Shown piece after piece: positions 1 through 8,374 of a DNA stretch of 44,520 nucleotides; position 1 is the stretch's first letter, and the number at the start of each line of letters is the position of its first letter. Origin of the DNA: a virus; the UHGV virus genome UHGV-0202726; one strand, written 5' to 3'. Under the pieces are notes generated by a model that saw only the letters and a list, made by a program, of their open reading frames with translations, did not search any database and was not told where the DNA came from. A program made the position numbers and the translations under genes.

Positions 1-59
1 ATAGACTCGTCAATATCGTCACGAGATTTAACTGGGCTGGTGAACTCTTGCAGTGCCAT
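1..59 (-). CDS. hypothetical protein, N-terminal part only (gene continues past the left edge)
   Basis: ATG at 59 on minus strand with GGAGA 5 nt upstream; reading frame open to position 1. Confidence 0.3.
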   Translation of the reverse strand, partial: MALQEFTSPVKSRDDIDES

Positions 60-128
60 AATGGTCTCCATTAGCAAATACGAAAAACTTGGCCTAACCA
101 GAATACTAAATGCCTTCGGATTCGTCCA

Positions 129-614
129 TCATTTCACCGCGCGTCCAATAGCCTCAGCCTCCTGCCACGGTTTACCGTCGAACAGTGCCAGACGTCCGGC
201 AGTACGGCGACGCAGGCCTAGTAATGGTTTGCCGTTCTGGTTAATGAACAGCGCCAGCTTAGCCCGCAGCGTCGCAATATCCCCGGAACGCAGCGCTTTA
301 CCCGTACCAGTGGTAGCGGCAATCACGCCAGCACCGGCGTTATACACCAGGTCACACACTGCGTCGAACTGTGCCTGTGTAAGGGAATGGTGCGCTGCGG
401 CGTCAACCGCAGCTACGGCCTTAGCCATATCGCGATTCAGTAACAGGAGGCCTTGTCCGGGGGTGATGGTCTGTCCTGCCTTAACATGAGGGCCATAGCT
501 TCCATATCCGATAGTAAGGTACTTCTCGTTTGGTGTAGCACGATACGCAGTTCCGCGGAATCCCTCGAACGCAGCGGTGAAATGCAGTCCATTATCTGAA
601 ATGTTTCGAGACAC
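129..614 (-). CDS. endolysin, T4-type lysozyme-like
   Basis: FEGFRGTAYRA...TIGYG motif typical of phage lysozyme catalytic region; GTG start at 614 with GGAGGA 7 nt upstream preferred over track ATG at 665, which has no RBS. Confidence 0.8.
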   Translation of the reverse strand: MSRNISDNGLHFTAAFEGFRGTAYRATPNEKYLTIGYGSYGPHVKAGQTITPGQGLLLLNRDMAKAVAAVDAAAHHSLTQAQFDAVCDLVYNAGAGVIAATTGTGKALRSGDIATLRAKLALFINQNGKPLLGLRRRTAGRLALFDGKPWQEAEAIGRAVK

Positions 615-864
615 GCTTATGTCCTCCGTACGATAGCCACGCCTGACGAATCTGACGCAGCGCAACTAATGTGATTAATGTCTCTGGCAGCGTGGGGGAC
701 ATGCTGCCCTGTAACAGGTGGATGCACCCGGCAGCGCAGACAATAGCGGTCAGGATATAGAGCACCCGGCCAAATAGTCCGTCGTCAACGCTTGGGTGGT
801 ATACATTAAACAGCGATGTGCCCCCGATTGCCAGCATACCGCCGAACCAGAATAACTCATTCAT
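592..864 (-). CDS. small membrane protein, holin or antiholin-like (2 hydrophobic segments)
   Basis: ATG at 864 overlaps the stop of the upstream holin (ATGA); two hydrophobic stretches (FWFGGMLAIGGTSLF, VLYILTAIVCAAGCIHLL); sits directly upstream of the lysozyme. Confidence 0.5.
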   Translation of the reverse strand: MNELFWFGGMLAIGGTSLFNVYHPSVDDGLFGRVLYILTAIVCAAGCIHLLQGSMSPTLPETLITLVALRQIRQAWLSYGGHKRVSKHFR

Positions 865-1165
865 CTGTACCCCCTCGACGTGCGATGTATTCTCCGGCAA
901 CGATACCAGAGAGGCGGGAATAGATAGGCATCCAGAGAATAGCGATAATGAAGCCCAGACCGGCGATTTCACGGTCGCCAGTAATGCCGAACCATTGTGC
1001 CGCGAGGGGTGCGCCAAATACGGCGCAAGTGAAGCCAGTTGCAATAAAGCAGAAGCCGTCGATGGGGCCAGAAATAACGGACTTATGCTGCCGTAGTCCG
1101 ATTACCCCACCAGCGAGTGCGGCAGCCAGAAGCCAGCCTGTCACAGTTTCAGTAAATTTATCCAA
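857..1165 (-). CDS. holin-like membrane protein (3 hydrophobic segments)
   Basis: Three hydrophobic segments with a charged C-terminus; TTG start with GGAGGA 6 nt upstream; first gene of the holin-holin-lysozyme run. Confidence 0.55.
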   Translation of the reverse strand: MDKFTETVTGWLLAAALAGGVIGLRQHKSVISGPIDGFCFIATGFTCAVFGAPLAAQWFGITGDREIAGLGFIIAILWMPIYSRLSGIVAGEYIARRGGTDE

Positions 1166-1224
1166 GATGAATCCTCCAGGTGCGTATTAAGTATGCAGTA
1201 ACTGGAGGATAGCACGGTTAGGAA

Positions 1225-1665
1225 TTATCCTAATAGTTGTTTGGTAATAATCTTGCCGCCGGTGTTAATGTCGAATTGAGAGGCTACAGTAATCGCGCGT
1301 GTTGCGGTTTCGCCCAAATACATAGCCGCTAACGCATAGGGCGAGCCGGACCCAACGGCGGCAAAGCTATCGGCGACAGGGATAACCGAACTAAGGGCAC
1401 AATCCCATGATTTATAAAACGCGACTTTATACACCTTTTCTGTGTCTTTCACGAACACCAGGGCTTCGAAATCGAAGTCATAGTGCTTTGCCCGAAGGAT
1501 ACCGGGGCAATCGATAAGCATAGCGCCTACCCCCGCATCACCCGCCACCCCGATAACAGCAAAATCATTCTCGTATATCTTAGTGCCAGTGTTGTAGCAG
1601 TTACTTCCGCACACAACACGCGTGTCGCAAGCCATTGTCTTTCCGTCAAACGCGATAGTAGTCAT
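1225..1665 (-). CDS. HslV/proteasome beta-type Ntn-hydrolase peptidase-like protein
   Basis: N-terminal MTTIA (Thr nucleophile after Met), central K...IGVAGDAG and AVGSGSPYALAA matching the HslV GSGG region as recalled from memory; GGAGA RBS; ATGA overlap with upstream gene. Confidence 0.6.
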   Translation of the reverse strand: MTTIAFDGKTMACDTRVVCGSNCYNTGTKIYENDFAVIGVAGDAGVGAMLIDCPGILRAKHYDFDFEALVFVKDTEKVYKVAFYKSWDCALSSVIPVADSFAAVGSGSPYALAAMYLGETATRAITVASQFDINTGGKIITKQLLG

Positions 1666-1955
1666 TTGTGTCTCCAGATGTATTGTCGTCTCTGCGGTTT
1701 CGTCGGAATATCATCGTATCCCAGAGATTTCCAGTAATTAAATAACCGGTTAGCGATAGCTGCACGTTCCTGTGTTTTGAACTCACCGAGATTTACGGCC
1801 TTCCCGTTCTGGAACCCACAGGCGCGGACAGCTTTGCGTCTGGCCTGAATCTCCGGGTACAGCGCGTTATGGCGGCGCTTGTGTATGCGCGTCTTAGCTC
1901 TCGGTGACAGCGGCTCAAGGCCTCTTCGTTTCAGGATGTCAGTTGCAAGGCTCAT
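1662..1955 (-). CDS. hypothetical basic protein, possible AP2-like DNA-binding fold
   Basis: ATG with GAGGG RBS; Arg/Lys rich; segment NLGEFKTQERAAIA resembles AP2-type DNA-binding domains (weak). Confidence 0.45.
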   Translation of the reverse strand: MSLATDILKRRGLEPLSPRAKTRIHKRRHNALYPEIQARRKAVRACGFQNGKAVNLGEFKTQERAAIANRLFNYWKSLGYDDIPTKPQRRQYIWRHK

Positions 1956-2170
1956 TTAACACCCTCAAGTATCTTACGAGCTAGTGATTCAGCATCGTCT
2001 GCACTTAATACAACACAACCGGTTTCGCTGTAAACCTGCAACTCTACAAGCCCACACTCGCCTTCATCGTCTTTATAAAATTGAATACAGCAGACATCCC
2101 CGTCTTTGTCTTCGAACTCGAACGTAGGACAATCCGGCGTTCTTAGGCTGCTACGGTCTCTGAATATCAT
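1952..2170 (-). CDS. hypothetical protein
   Basis: ATG at 2170 with GGAG RBS preferred over the track's upstream non-ATG start at 2218; stop overlaps next start. Confidence 0.4.
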   Translation of the reverse strand: MIFRDRSSLRTPDCPTFEFEDKDGDVCCIQFYKDDEGECGLVELQVYSETGCVVLSADDAESLARKILEGVK

Positions 2171-2443
2171 AATCACTCCACCCCTTCCACATGTGTAACC
2201 GACCCACAGTTCGCGCACTCGACGTAATCCGGGAACTGGTCTTTGTATTTCTGTAACTCGGCTTCGAGAGCCATTAAATCAGAGTACCGCACGCGCACAT
2301 ACTCGCCGCTATATCAGGCCTCCGGCGGCAGTGTACGCCAGTCGAATAGTTTAATCATCACCACGCCTCCATAGAGTAAAACGTTTCTGATGCCGCGAGG
2401 TGCATCTGGCCTGCGGACAGTACCCAGATAAAGAGGATGCTGG

Positions 2444-3136
2444 TCATAAGTTTATCACCCCGCATTTGGTACAACGCCGCCCGTTGGGGTAATAATATTC
2501 CCACTCATGTTTGCATTTCTGCGTATAGGCTTTCGGCTCATACTCCGGGTCATCCCACTCACGCGCACCGCATTCGCAGCAAAACAGACTACCGGGCACG
2601 TTGCCCTTGTGGCCTTCGGCGATAAACAATCCTGGAGCGATAAGCCAATTGTGGTCACATTCCTGGGTATCTTCTTTACGGCAACCGGATTTCTCAGTGC
2701 CAAGCGCACCTTTACGGATAAGTTTGTACGCCTCCACGTCACCGGTAGCCAGTCGTTTTACCAGGTCATCAACTTGCGCTTGAAAGCGCAACGCATCGCC
2801 GCGATATGCTGACGATTGCCCTGTCAGGTGCGATATGTGCTCAGATTTCTTAATGTTGTCTTCCCGCAACTCCTTAATCTGCGCCGACGCATCACGTAAC
2901 TGATTCTTAAGTGACTGCACCTCATGCGCCAGGTCTTCGCACTGTTGCTTGTACTGGTTGTGCTCCAGGCCGATGTAGGCATCGATTACGGCATTTTCCT
3001 CGTCGGTATAGTTACCGCGACCAGCAATACTACGGTCGATACTCCACCGTTTAATTTCACCCATTACATCTGCGACCGGTAGCTGCTGCCGTAGTTGGTC
3101 AATCAGGTACTCGAATACTTCGTTTTTGTTACTCAT
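2444..3136 (-). CDS. hypothetical coiled-coil protein with C-terminal Cys-rich zinc-ribbon-like region
   Basis: ATG at 3136 (MSNKNE...) with GGAGGA RBS and 8-nt overlap with upstream gene; C-terminal CCECG...CTKCG cysteine pairs. Confidence 0.5.
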   Translation of the reverse strand: MSNKNEVFEYLIDQLRQQLPVADVMGEIKRWSIDRSIAGRGNYTDEENAVIDAYIGLEHNQYKQQCEDLAHEVQSLKNQLRDASAQIKELREDNIKKSEHISHLTGQSSAYRGDALRFQAQVDDLVKRLATGDVEAYKLIRKGALGTEKSGCRKEDTQECDHNWLIAPGLFIAEGHKGNVPGSLFCCECGAREWDDPEYEPKAYTQKCKHEWEYYYPNGRRCTKCGVINL

Positions 3137-3347
3137 CTTCTGGTTCCTCCCCATTATATTCTTCGAACACAAAGTCATCGTCTGCGGATAGCGCCCATCG
3201 ACCATACCCCGCGTAGTAGACATCAAGTTCAGTGCCGTTGTCGTCTATTACGTAGCAGCGGCTCTCGTCGCCGTCTTCTTTGAGATGGTATAAGTCGTTT
3301 TTAGTCAGCACCCAATAGTCATCGTGGGATTTGCATTCCAGGAACAT
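3129..3347 (-). CDS. hypothetical acidic protein
   Basis: ATG with GAGGAGAGA RBS; first gene downstream of the promoter element at 3379-3408; acidic C-terminus. Confidence 0.5.
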   Translation of the reverse strand: MFLECKSHDDYWVLTKNDLYHLKEDGDESRCYVIDDNGTELDVYYAGYGRWALSADDDFVFEEYNGEEPEDE

Positions 3348-3378
3348 CTTCTGTCTCTCCTCTCGTCTGTGTAAATGA

Positions 3379-3408
3379 ATAGTAGCCTATTCTATTTCAG
3401 CGTGCAAG
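3379..3408 (-). promoter_or_regulatory. promoter, TTGCAC-N18-TACTAT class with palindromic GAATAG/CTATT core
   Basis: -35 TTGCAC (3408..3403), -10 TACTAT (3384..3379) on minus strand, about 35 nt upstream of the ATG at 3347; related to the elements at 5157-5185 and 27631-27659. Confidence 0.5.
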
Positions 3409-3414
3409 TAAATT

Positions 3415-3588
3415 TTATTGGTGTGTTATAGAGTCGATGAACGCCAGTAACGCGCGCTCCGCTTCTGCTTCTCTTTCCTCAAGTGACCAGGTAGCGGACT
3501 CCTCTGTTGCCGTTGCTAAATCGGTTTTTACATCAATCATCGTGTCAATTAACGTGATTAGTCGTTCGGCCTGTTCTTTAGTAATCAT
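3415..3588 (-). CDS. hypothetical small protein (57 aa, below ORF-track cutoff)
   Basis: ATG at 3588 with GGAGA RBS 7 nt upstream; fills the gap between terminator and promoter. Confidence 0.3.
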   Translation of the reverse strand: MITKEQAERLITLIDTMIDVKTDLATATEESATWSLEEREAEAERALLAFIDSITHQ

Positions 3589-3639
3589 TGTTGCATCTCC
3601 TGCAATAGTCTCTTCGATTGTTGCGTTTGGTGAAATAGA

Positions 3640-3679
3640 ACAAAAATGAGAAAAATGATACGCTGCTGTGTAGCAGCGT
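3640..3679 (-). terminator. rho-independent terminator
   Basis: Stem ACGCTGCT/AGCAGCGT with 4-nt loop followed on minus strand by TCATTTTTCTCATTTTTG. Confidence 0.6.
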
Positions 3680-3759
3680 AAGTCACTCAGTAAAATCCCA
3701 AACTATTGAACATCACACTTCCAGCGGCTCGGGTAACGGCATCCAGTGTGTTATACGTA

Positions 3760-4065
3760 TCAATCAGTCGCGTGTTTACGTACCCAGGCGATGCGTGCCG
3801 GATTTAGGTGGATTGTTCCATCATCGCACTCGACGTCATAGTTAGGTTCGCCGTGGTTAAACGGGTAGCCCGAATCTAACCCAGCGTTGGTAAACTGTGC
3901 TTTCAACTCCAGGCGCAGAGCGCGGAGGTTGTAACCTTTATCACCTGCCCACTTATGCAATGCGAAACATAGTCCGGTGCAACATGTGAATACGCCATTG
4001 TTAACCGCACCAGCATCGAGCCACGCAGCGTAGGCTTTATAAAATGCTTTAAGTTCTTCGCTCAT
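3760..4065 (-). CDS. hypothetical protein
   Basis: ATG with GAGG RBS; 101 aa; no recognisable domain. Confidence 0.5.
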   Translation of the reverse strand: MSEELKAFYKAYAAWLDAGAVNNGVFTCCTGLCFALHKWAGDKGYNLRALRLELKAQFTNAGLDSGYPFNHGEPNYDVECDDGTIHLNPARIAWVRKHATD

Positions 4066-4068
4066 ATC

Positions 4069-4212
4069 TCACCTCGTATTCATCGCATATTGCACACCAG
4101 CTTTCCACGCCCGCCACGCGAGACGTGTCTTAACGTTAAGGTACTCTTTCTTAGAACCCTTGTTAACCGGCAGACCCTCGACGACGGCCCACCGTTCAAA
4201 TGCTTCTCTCAT
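4069..4212 (-). CDS. hypothetical small protein (47 aa)
   Basis: ATG at 4212 with TAAGGA RBS; exactly fills the gap between 4216 and 4065. Confidence 0.3.
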   Translation of the reverse strand: MREAFERWAVVEGLPVNKGSKKEYLNVKTRLAWRAWKAGVQYAMNTR

Positions 4213-4215
4213 AAC

Positions 4216-4473
4216 TTAGTCCTTAACCTTTACCCAGAATTCACCACAATACCAGCACCACAAAAGATTAGGGGTCTCACGAACCCAACCATAATCCTTA
4301 CGTGCACGAATCGGGATAATGCCTTTAATGGAATAATAACCTGTCTGAAGAAACTCAGGGTCGCGCGTCGCAATGCGCCACATGTTATAGAACTGCTCCA
4401 GCCCCGCACCCCGACGCATGACCCGTATTTTACGGTTATATTCCGCTACTGTTTTCAGTTCAGTATTATTCAT
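4216..4473 (-). CDS. hypothetical protein
   Basis: ATG at 4473 shares TAATG overlap with upstream stop; GGGAGG RBS. Confidence 0.5.
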   Translation of the reverse strand: MNNTELKTVAEYNRKIRVMRRGAGLEQFYNMWRIATRDPEFLQTGYYSIKGIIPIRARKDYGWVRETPNLLWCWYCGEFWVKVKD

Positions 4474-4706
4474 TAACGGCAACCTCCCTCGGAGTCGTCG
4501 GCACGAGCATCATGATTCGATGCCGTTGTGTATATTTCCGCTTCGGCCTTAGTTACTGGCACTTTGTAATGCCTGACCTTAATCCACCAGCCGTACTCGC
4601 AGGAGTCCAGCACATCAAAAACATCGCCAATATTTACGCCTATGCTTTCCAGAGTATCGTTAGCTGTTTCATAGGTAACGGTGTTATCTGTAATTATGAT
4701 TTGCAT
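4473..4706 (-). CDS. hypothetical protein
   Basis: ATG at 4706 in TGATG overlap with upstream stop. Confidence 0.5.
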   Translation of the reverse strand: MQIIITDNTVTYETANDTLESIGVNIGDVFDVLDSCEYGWWIKVRHYKVPVTKAEAEIYTTASNHDARADDSEGGCR

Positions 4707-4885
4707 CACTTTGCCCCTTTGAATTTAAAATTGTTGCCGATGAGTGTTAGCTCGTACTCGTAAAACCACATATCAAAATCCCAGTACGGATTAGTCAAAA
4801 AATATCTCCCTGGTATTTTAGAACCTCGCACAATGACGCCGTACCCGCAGTCTTTCGTTTTAACCAACTGACCGTGCTTAAACAT
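4706..4885 (-). CDS. hypothetical protein
   Basis: ATG at 4885 with GAGGGG RBS preferred over track GTG at 4894. Confidence 0.45.
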   Translation of the reverse strand: MFKHGQLVKTKDCGYGVIVRGSKIPGRYFLTNPYWDFDMWFYEYELTLIGNNFKFKGAK

Positions 4886-4903
4886 AACCCTCACCCCTCT
4901 GTC

Positions 4904-5122
4904 TTATTTAAAGTAGATAGCGAATTTCTTGTAACCCGCAGGCTCGTTACGAAGCCCTTTACCGTTGGCGAAACGTTGTACGTTAATAAAATCATTTTCA
5001 TCCATTCCGTCGGTGTCGAACGTAAAGAAGTTTCGTTTGTTCCCGATGATTACTCGCTCTGAGATATCGATGCCGTAAACTTCTTTTATTGCGGAAACTA
5101 CGCTTGCGGTCGCTTTGTTCAT
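4904..5122 (-). CDS. hypothetical protein
   Basis: ATG with AAGGAA RBS; first gene of the leftward operon. Confidence 0.5.
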   Translation of the reverse strand: MNKATASVVSAIKEVYGIDISERVIIGNKRNFFTFDTDGMDENDFINVQRFANGKGLRNEPAGYKKFAIYFK

Positions 5123-5156
5123 TTCTAAATTCCTTATGTCTCGTTTCGATAAGTGA

Positions 5157-5185
5157 ATAGTATCCTATTATGTTGGGGTGTGCAA
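5157..5185 (-). promoter_or_regulatory. promoter, TTGCAC-N17-TACTAT class (leftward)
   Basis: -35 TTGCAC (5185..5180), 17-nt spacer, -10 TACTAT (5162..5157); 36-bp element 32/36 identical to the one at 27629-27664. Confidence 0.5.
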
Positions 5186-5560
5186 GAGAATAGTTACGTT
5201 GCCGTTGTGATTCGTTCGTTTCTTAAAAGAGTACGCAACGCAGTGGGTGGGCGTTAGCCCACCCCAGCGGAGTGAAGTACTCTCTACCTTGCTTACGGCA
5301 ACTATAGAAACTTTTAATTATCATATACTTAAGAGATATGCTGCCGATGAGAATAGAGCTTGCCCAGGGCAACCGGAGATACTAAGGAAGGAAAGTTACG
5401 ATAATTCTTATGTTCAGTAATCTGCCGCTTAACACTTCGCTGGCGCTGGTGCGCCGCTGCGTTTCAAGCGGGTATTACAAGGTGAACAGGAATCAAAGTA
5501 ACTAAGATATAGAAGCACCTTAAACGAAGATTTTCATAATGTCAATAGGTGCGATTATGT

Positions 5561-5589
5561 TTGATTTCCCATTATTCGCAATGTATACT
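5561..5589 (+). promoter_or_regulatory. sigma70-like promoter (rightward) for the HTH/replication operon
   Basis: TTGATT, 17-nt spacer, TATACT, about 30 nt upstream of the GAGGG RBS and ATG at 5622. Confidence 0.5.
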
Positions 5590-5621
5590 TGGTTTCGTTA
5601 ACTGATAATGAGGGTTTGAGA

Positions 5622-5792
5622 ATGACGCAGAATGAGGTAGCTGAGCGTATTGGGGTTACTCGTCGTACGCTTAATAACTGGTTAAAGAGTGGGAAGTTCC
5701 CTGATTGTTGTACCCGCATTATGGGCCGCCGGCAGCCAGGTACGTTTGACCCGGAGAAAGTGGAAGCGTGGATTAAGGAGAATGTAAAATGA
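5622..5792 (+). CDS. helix-turn-helix DNA-binding protein (AlpA/excisionase-like fold suggested)
   Basis: ATG at 5622 with GAGGG RBS preferred over track TTG at 5589; MTQNEVAERIGVTRRTLNNWLKSGKFP looks like an HTH. Confidence 0.55.
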   Translation: MTQNEVAERIGVTRRTLNNWLKSGKFPDCCTRIMGRRQPGTFDPEKVEAWIKENVK

Positions 5793-6022
5793 CCGAGTTC
5801 CAGTCCCGGGTATTTACGGCTGTCGTTTCGCTAACACGTAAAAAAGGGTCGTGCAGCGTTATGGACTTGCGTCGTAGTTATTTTAGGTACTATAGTTCCG
5901 CCATTATTGAAGGGTCGTTGAAGGTGCTGGTTAAATCTGGTGTCGTGAAAAATGTTGGTGGGAAATATAGTGCTGTTGCTGAAGTTCGCGGAATGACCGC
6001 TACTTTAGAAGACCTGGAATAA
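5789..6022 (+). CDS. hypothetical protein
   Basis: ATGA overlap with upstream stop; AAGGAG RBS. Confidence 0.5.
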   Translation: MTEFQSRVFTAVVSLTRKKGSCSVMDLRRSYFRYYSSAIIEGSLKVLVKSGVVKNVGGKYSAVAEVRGMTATLEDLE

Positions 6023-6080
6023 AAGAAAGCCCCGACGCGGTGAACGCCGAGGCCAAATTACTTGCTGAAGGAATTATAAT

Positions 6081-8348
6081 ATGTCCGATGTAATTTTATC
6101 CTACTCGTGGTCACGCCGCAACGCGCGAGCAGAGAAAAAGGATATAAACGTCAGAACCACACACACGGCAACACTGGACGACCTGAAAGCGTTAATCCAG
6201 CCGCTTGATGCTGTTCGTGATGGGATTAACCCGAAGACAGCGCCCGGCTATATCACCGCCGCGTGTGACTCTACACACAGCACCGTGAAAGACCCGGAAA
6301 CCGGTGACTTTAAGCAAGCGCGTAAAGGCTTTTTCTATCGCTGCGACGCATCTGTAAGCAAATCGTCGCTGGCGTATCTGGACTTCGACAGCGCAACGCC
6401 GGAAGAGTATCAGGAAGCGGTGCGTCTGGTTAAGCGAAGCCGCCGTGCGATGTGCCTCTATACCACGGCATCACATACCGACGAGTCCCCGCGCTTTCGC
6501 GTCGTCATGCCGCTGGCCCGTCCGGTTGAAGTCGGCGACATCATCCGTGTTCGTCATGGGTTGCTTGAGCACTTCTTCAAAGGCATGGGCGCGGACCGCA
6601 GCGGGTTCACTCTGTCGCAGCCGATGTACCTGCCGCCAGTTGGCTCTCATGTTATCTGGTCGCGCCGCAACGACCTGATTGACCCGGACGAATTACTGGA
6701 AGGCATCCCCGCCGTTGACGTTAGCAGCGCATCGGATTACCAGATACCAGAAGAACTGCGCACCGCGTTTACAGATGCGTTCGAAGCACTGGCGTTCGAG
6801 TACGGCGGCATCATGACACCGCGCGGCCTTAAGATGCCAGCTACACCGGAACACGCAGAGAACTACAGCGACCCGACGCCGCGCCCGGATGACTTTCTGC
6901 TGTGTTTCCCGCGAGAGGGGTACGAAGCGCCGAACGTAACCATGATTCACGACACCGACATTACGGCAACCGAAGGCATGTCGCCGAAAGAGGTGTGGAA
7001 ATACGCGTGCGATGCGACTGGTCTGCCGTTCAGTGAAGTAGCCGAGGCAATCGGCTGGGGTGCACGTGAATCTGTTTCATGCAGTCTCGACGACCTGGAA
7101 GACGACGAGGACTCAGAGGAGGACGAGTTACCAGAACCGGTAAAGGCTGATTTCGTCGTCGAAGGGTACATGCCGTCGGATTGTATCTGGGATATCGTCG
7201 GGGAATCTGGCACGTACAAATCGTTTTATACGCTGGGGATGATGTACCTCAGCGCCGCCGGATACCGGTTCGCGGGGGCGGACACCCAGCGTTGCCACCA
7301 TTTCTATATAGACGGTGAGGGCGGCGCGGCCACACGTACACGTATTGATGCGCTCGCGGCTAAATACGGCGTGGAGGGTAAAGATTATGTACATGTCATA
7401 GACATGGGTGAGGTCGGAAAACTTAAAAGCCTGATTAAGTTAATGCGCGAAACTGCTGGCGACGAGCCAATCGGCATGGTTGCGTTCGACACCCTTAACC
7501 AGACGCTGGCCCTGACGATTGATAAGTTCGACGAGAACAGCTCATCAACGGCAATCGGTATGGGTAAAGTTATCGCCATCCTGAAAGAAGTACGTGATGC
7601 GACTAAAGCCGCGGTAGGTGTTGTCCACCACACACCGAAGGGCGGAAAGAAAGCCCGTGGTAGTGGGGCGCTGTACGCTGGCGTCGACGTGGAACTGACA
7701 ATTGAACGCGCTACCGACCGTCAGATAAACGTATATCACTCGAAATTTAAGCACGGGCCACAACAGAAGACAGTTGGCATGGTTCTGGAGTCGGTACAGT
7801 TCCGTGAAGCCCCGCCGCCGAAAGAGTACCGTGCAGTTGAGTTCCTGGGTAGCACAGAGGAATACGGCACAATCGTAAACCTGGACCTGCCTGAGCCACA
7901 CAAGGCGCTTGTGCTGATGCCGTGGGGCTTCGAGCCGTTTAAGACTGACGAGGAGAAAGAGCGGGAAGAAGGACTGACGAAGGAAGGTAAAGAAAACGTA
8001 CGTAAAACCGTAGAGAACGCCGTCAACAGTTCAGAAGCCACGATACTGGCGGCGTTTGAACTGGCGGAAGGAACCTACAACGGCAACGAGGGCATCACGG
8101 TAGCCGCAGCGAATAAGCTCGCACAGTCCGACCCTAACGCAAAGGCGTTTAACTCCAAAGAAGCCATAGAACGCGGGAAGATTAAGAAAATGGTTGAGGC
8201 GGGGTATCTTGTGCCAGGGACCGACGAAAACAATCAGATAATACCAGGCCGTTACAGGCTGAATACCCGGATAACGGATAACAAGATTCCGAAGACACTA
8301 TACGAACCGAATGAAATGCTGGTGGTGACCGAGGATGATTTGGAATAA
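6081..8348 (+). CDS. replication protein, RecA-fold ATPase (putative primase/helicase)
   Basis: 755 aa; Walker A GESGTYKS, Walker B-like MVAFDTLNQ, HHTPKG motif in C-terminal half; GAAGGA RBS; large N-terminal domain of unknown type. Confidence 0.7.
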   Translation: MSDVILSYSWSRRNARAEKKDINVRTTHTATLDDLKALIQPLDAVRDGINPKTAPGYITAACDSTHSTVKDPETGDFKQARKGFFYRCDASVSKSSLAYLDFDSATPEEYQEAVRLVKRSRRAMCLYTTASHTDESPRFRVVMPLARPVEVGDIIRVRHGLLEHFFKGMGADRSGFTLSQPMYLPPVGSHVIWSRRNDLIDPDELLEGIPAVDVSSASDYQIPEELRTAFTDAFEALAFEYGGIMTPRGLKMPATPEHAENYSDPTPRPDDFLLCFPREGYEAPNVTMIHDTDITATEGMSPKEVWKYACDATGLPFSEVAEAIGWGARESVSCSLDDLEDDEDSEEDELPEPVKADFVVEGYMPSDCIWDIVGESGTYKSFYTLGMMYLSAAGYRFAGADTQRCHHFYIDGEGGAATRTRIDALAAKYGVEGKDYVHVIDMGEVGKLKSLIKLMRETAGDEPIGMVAFDTLNQTLALTIDKFDENSSSTAIGMGKVIAILKEVRDATKAAVGVVHHTPKGGKKARGSGALYAGVDVELTIERATDRQINVYHSKFKHGPQQKTVGMVLESVQFREAPPPKEYRAVEFLGSTEEYGTIVNLDLPEPHKALVLMPWGFEPFKTDEEKEREEGLTKEGKENVRKTVENAVNSSEATILAAFELAEGTYNGNEGITVAAANKLAQSDPNAKAFNSKEAIERGKIKKMVEAGYLVPGTDENNQIIPGRYRLNTRITDNKIPKTLYEPNEMLVVTEDDLE

Positions 8349-8350
8349 GT

Positions 8351-8374
8351 AAAAAGAAAGGGGCATTAAGCCCC
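8351..8374 (-). terminator. terminator for the XRE regulator transcript
   Basis: Stem GGGGC/GCCCC with ATTAA loop spanning the stop codon, followed on minus strand by TTTCTTTTT. Confidence 0.5.

Noticed and set aside
40-489. 149-aa plus-strand ORF
   Set aside because: Antisense to the lysozyme gene, which carries clear catalytic motifs; Arg/Ala/Ser-rich antisense-type translation.
615-665. Longer lysozyme start at ATG 665 (Arg-rich 17-aa extension)
   Set aside because: No Shine-Dalgarno upstream of 665; the GTG at 614 has a GGAGGA RBS at ideal spacing and the lysozyme homology begins just after it. Not excluded, but less likely.
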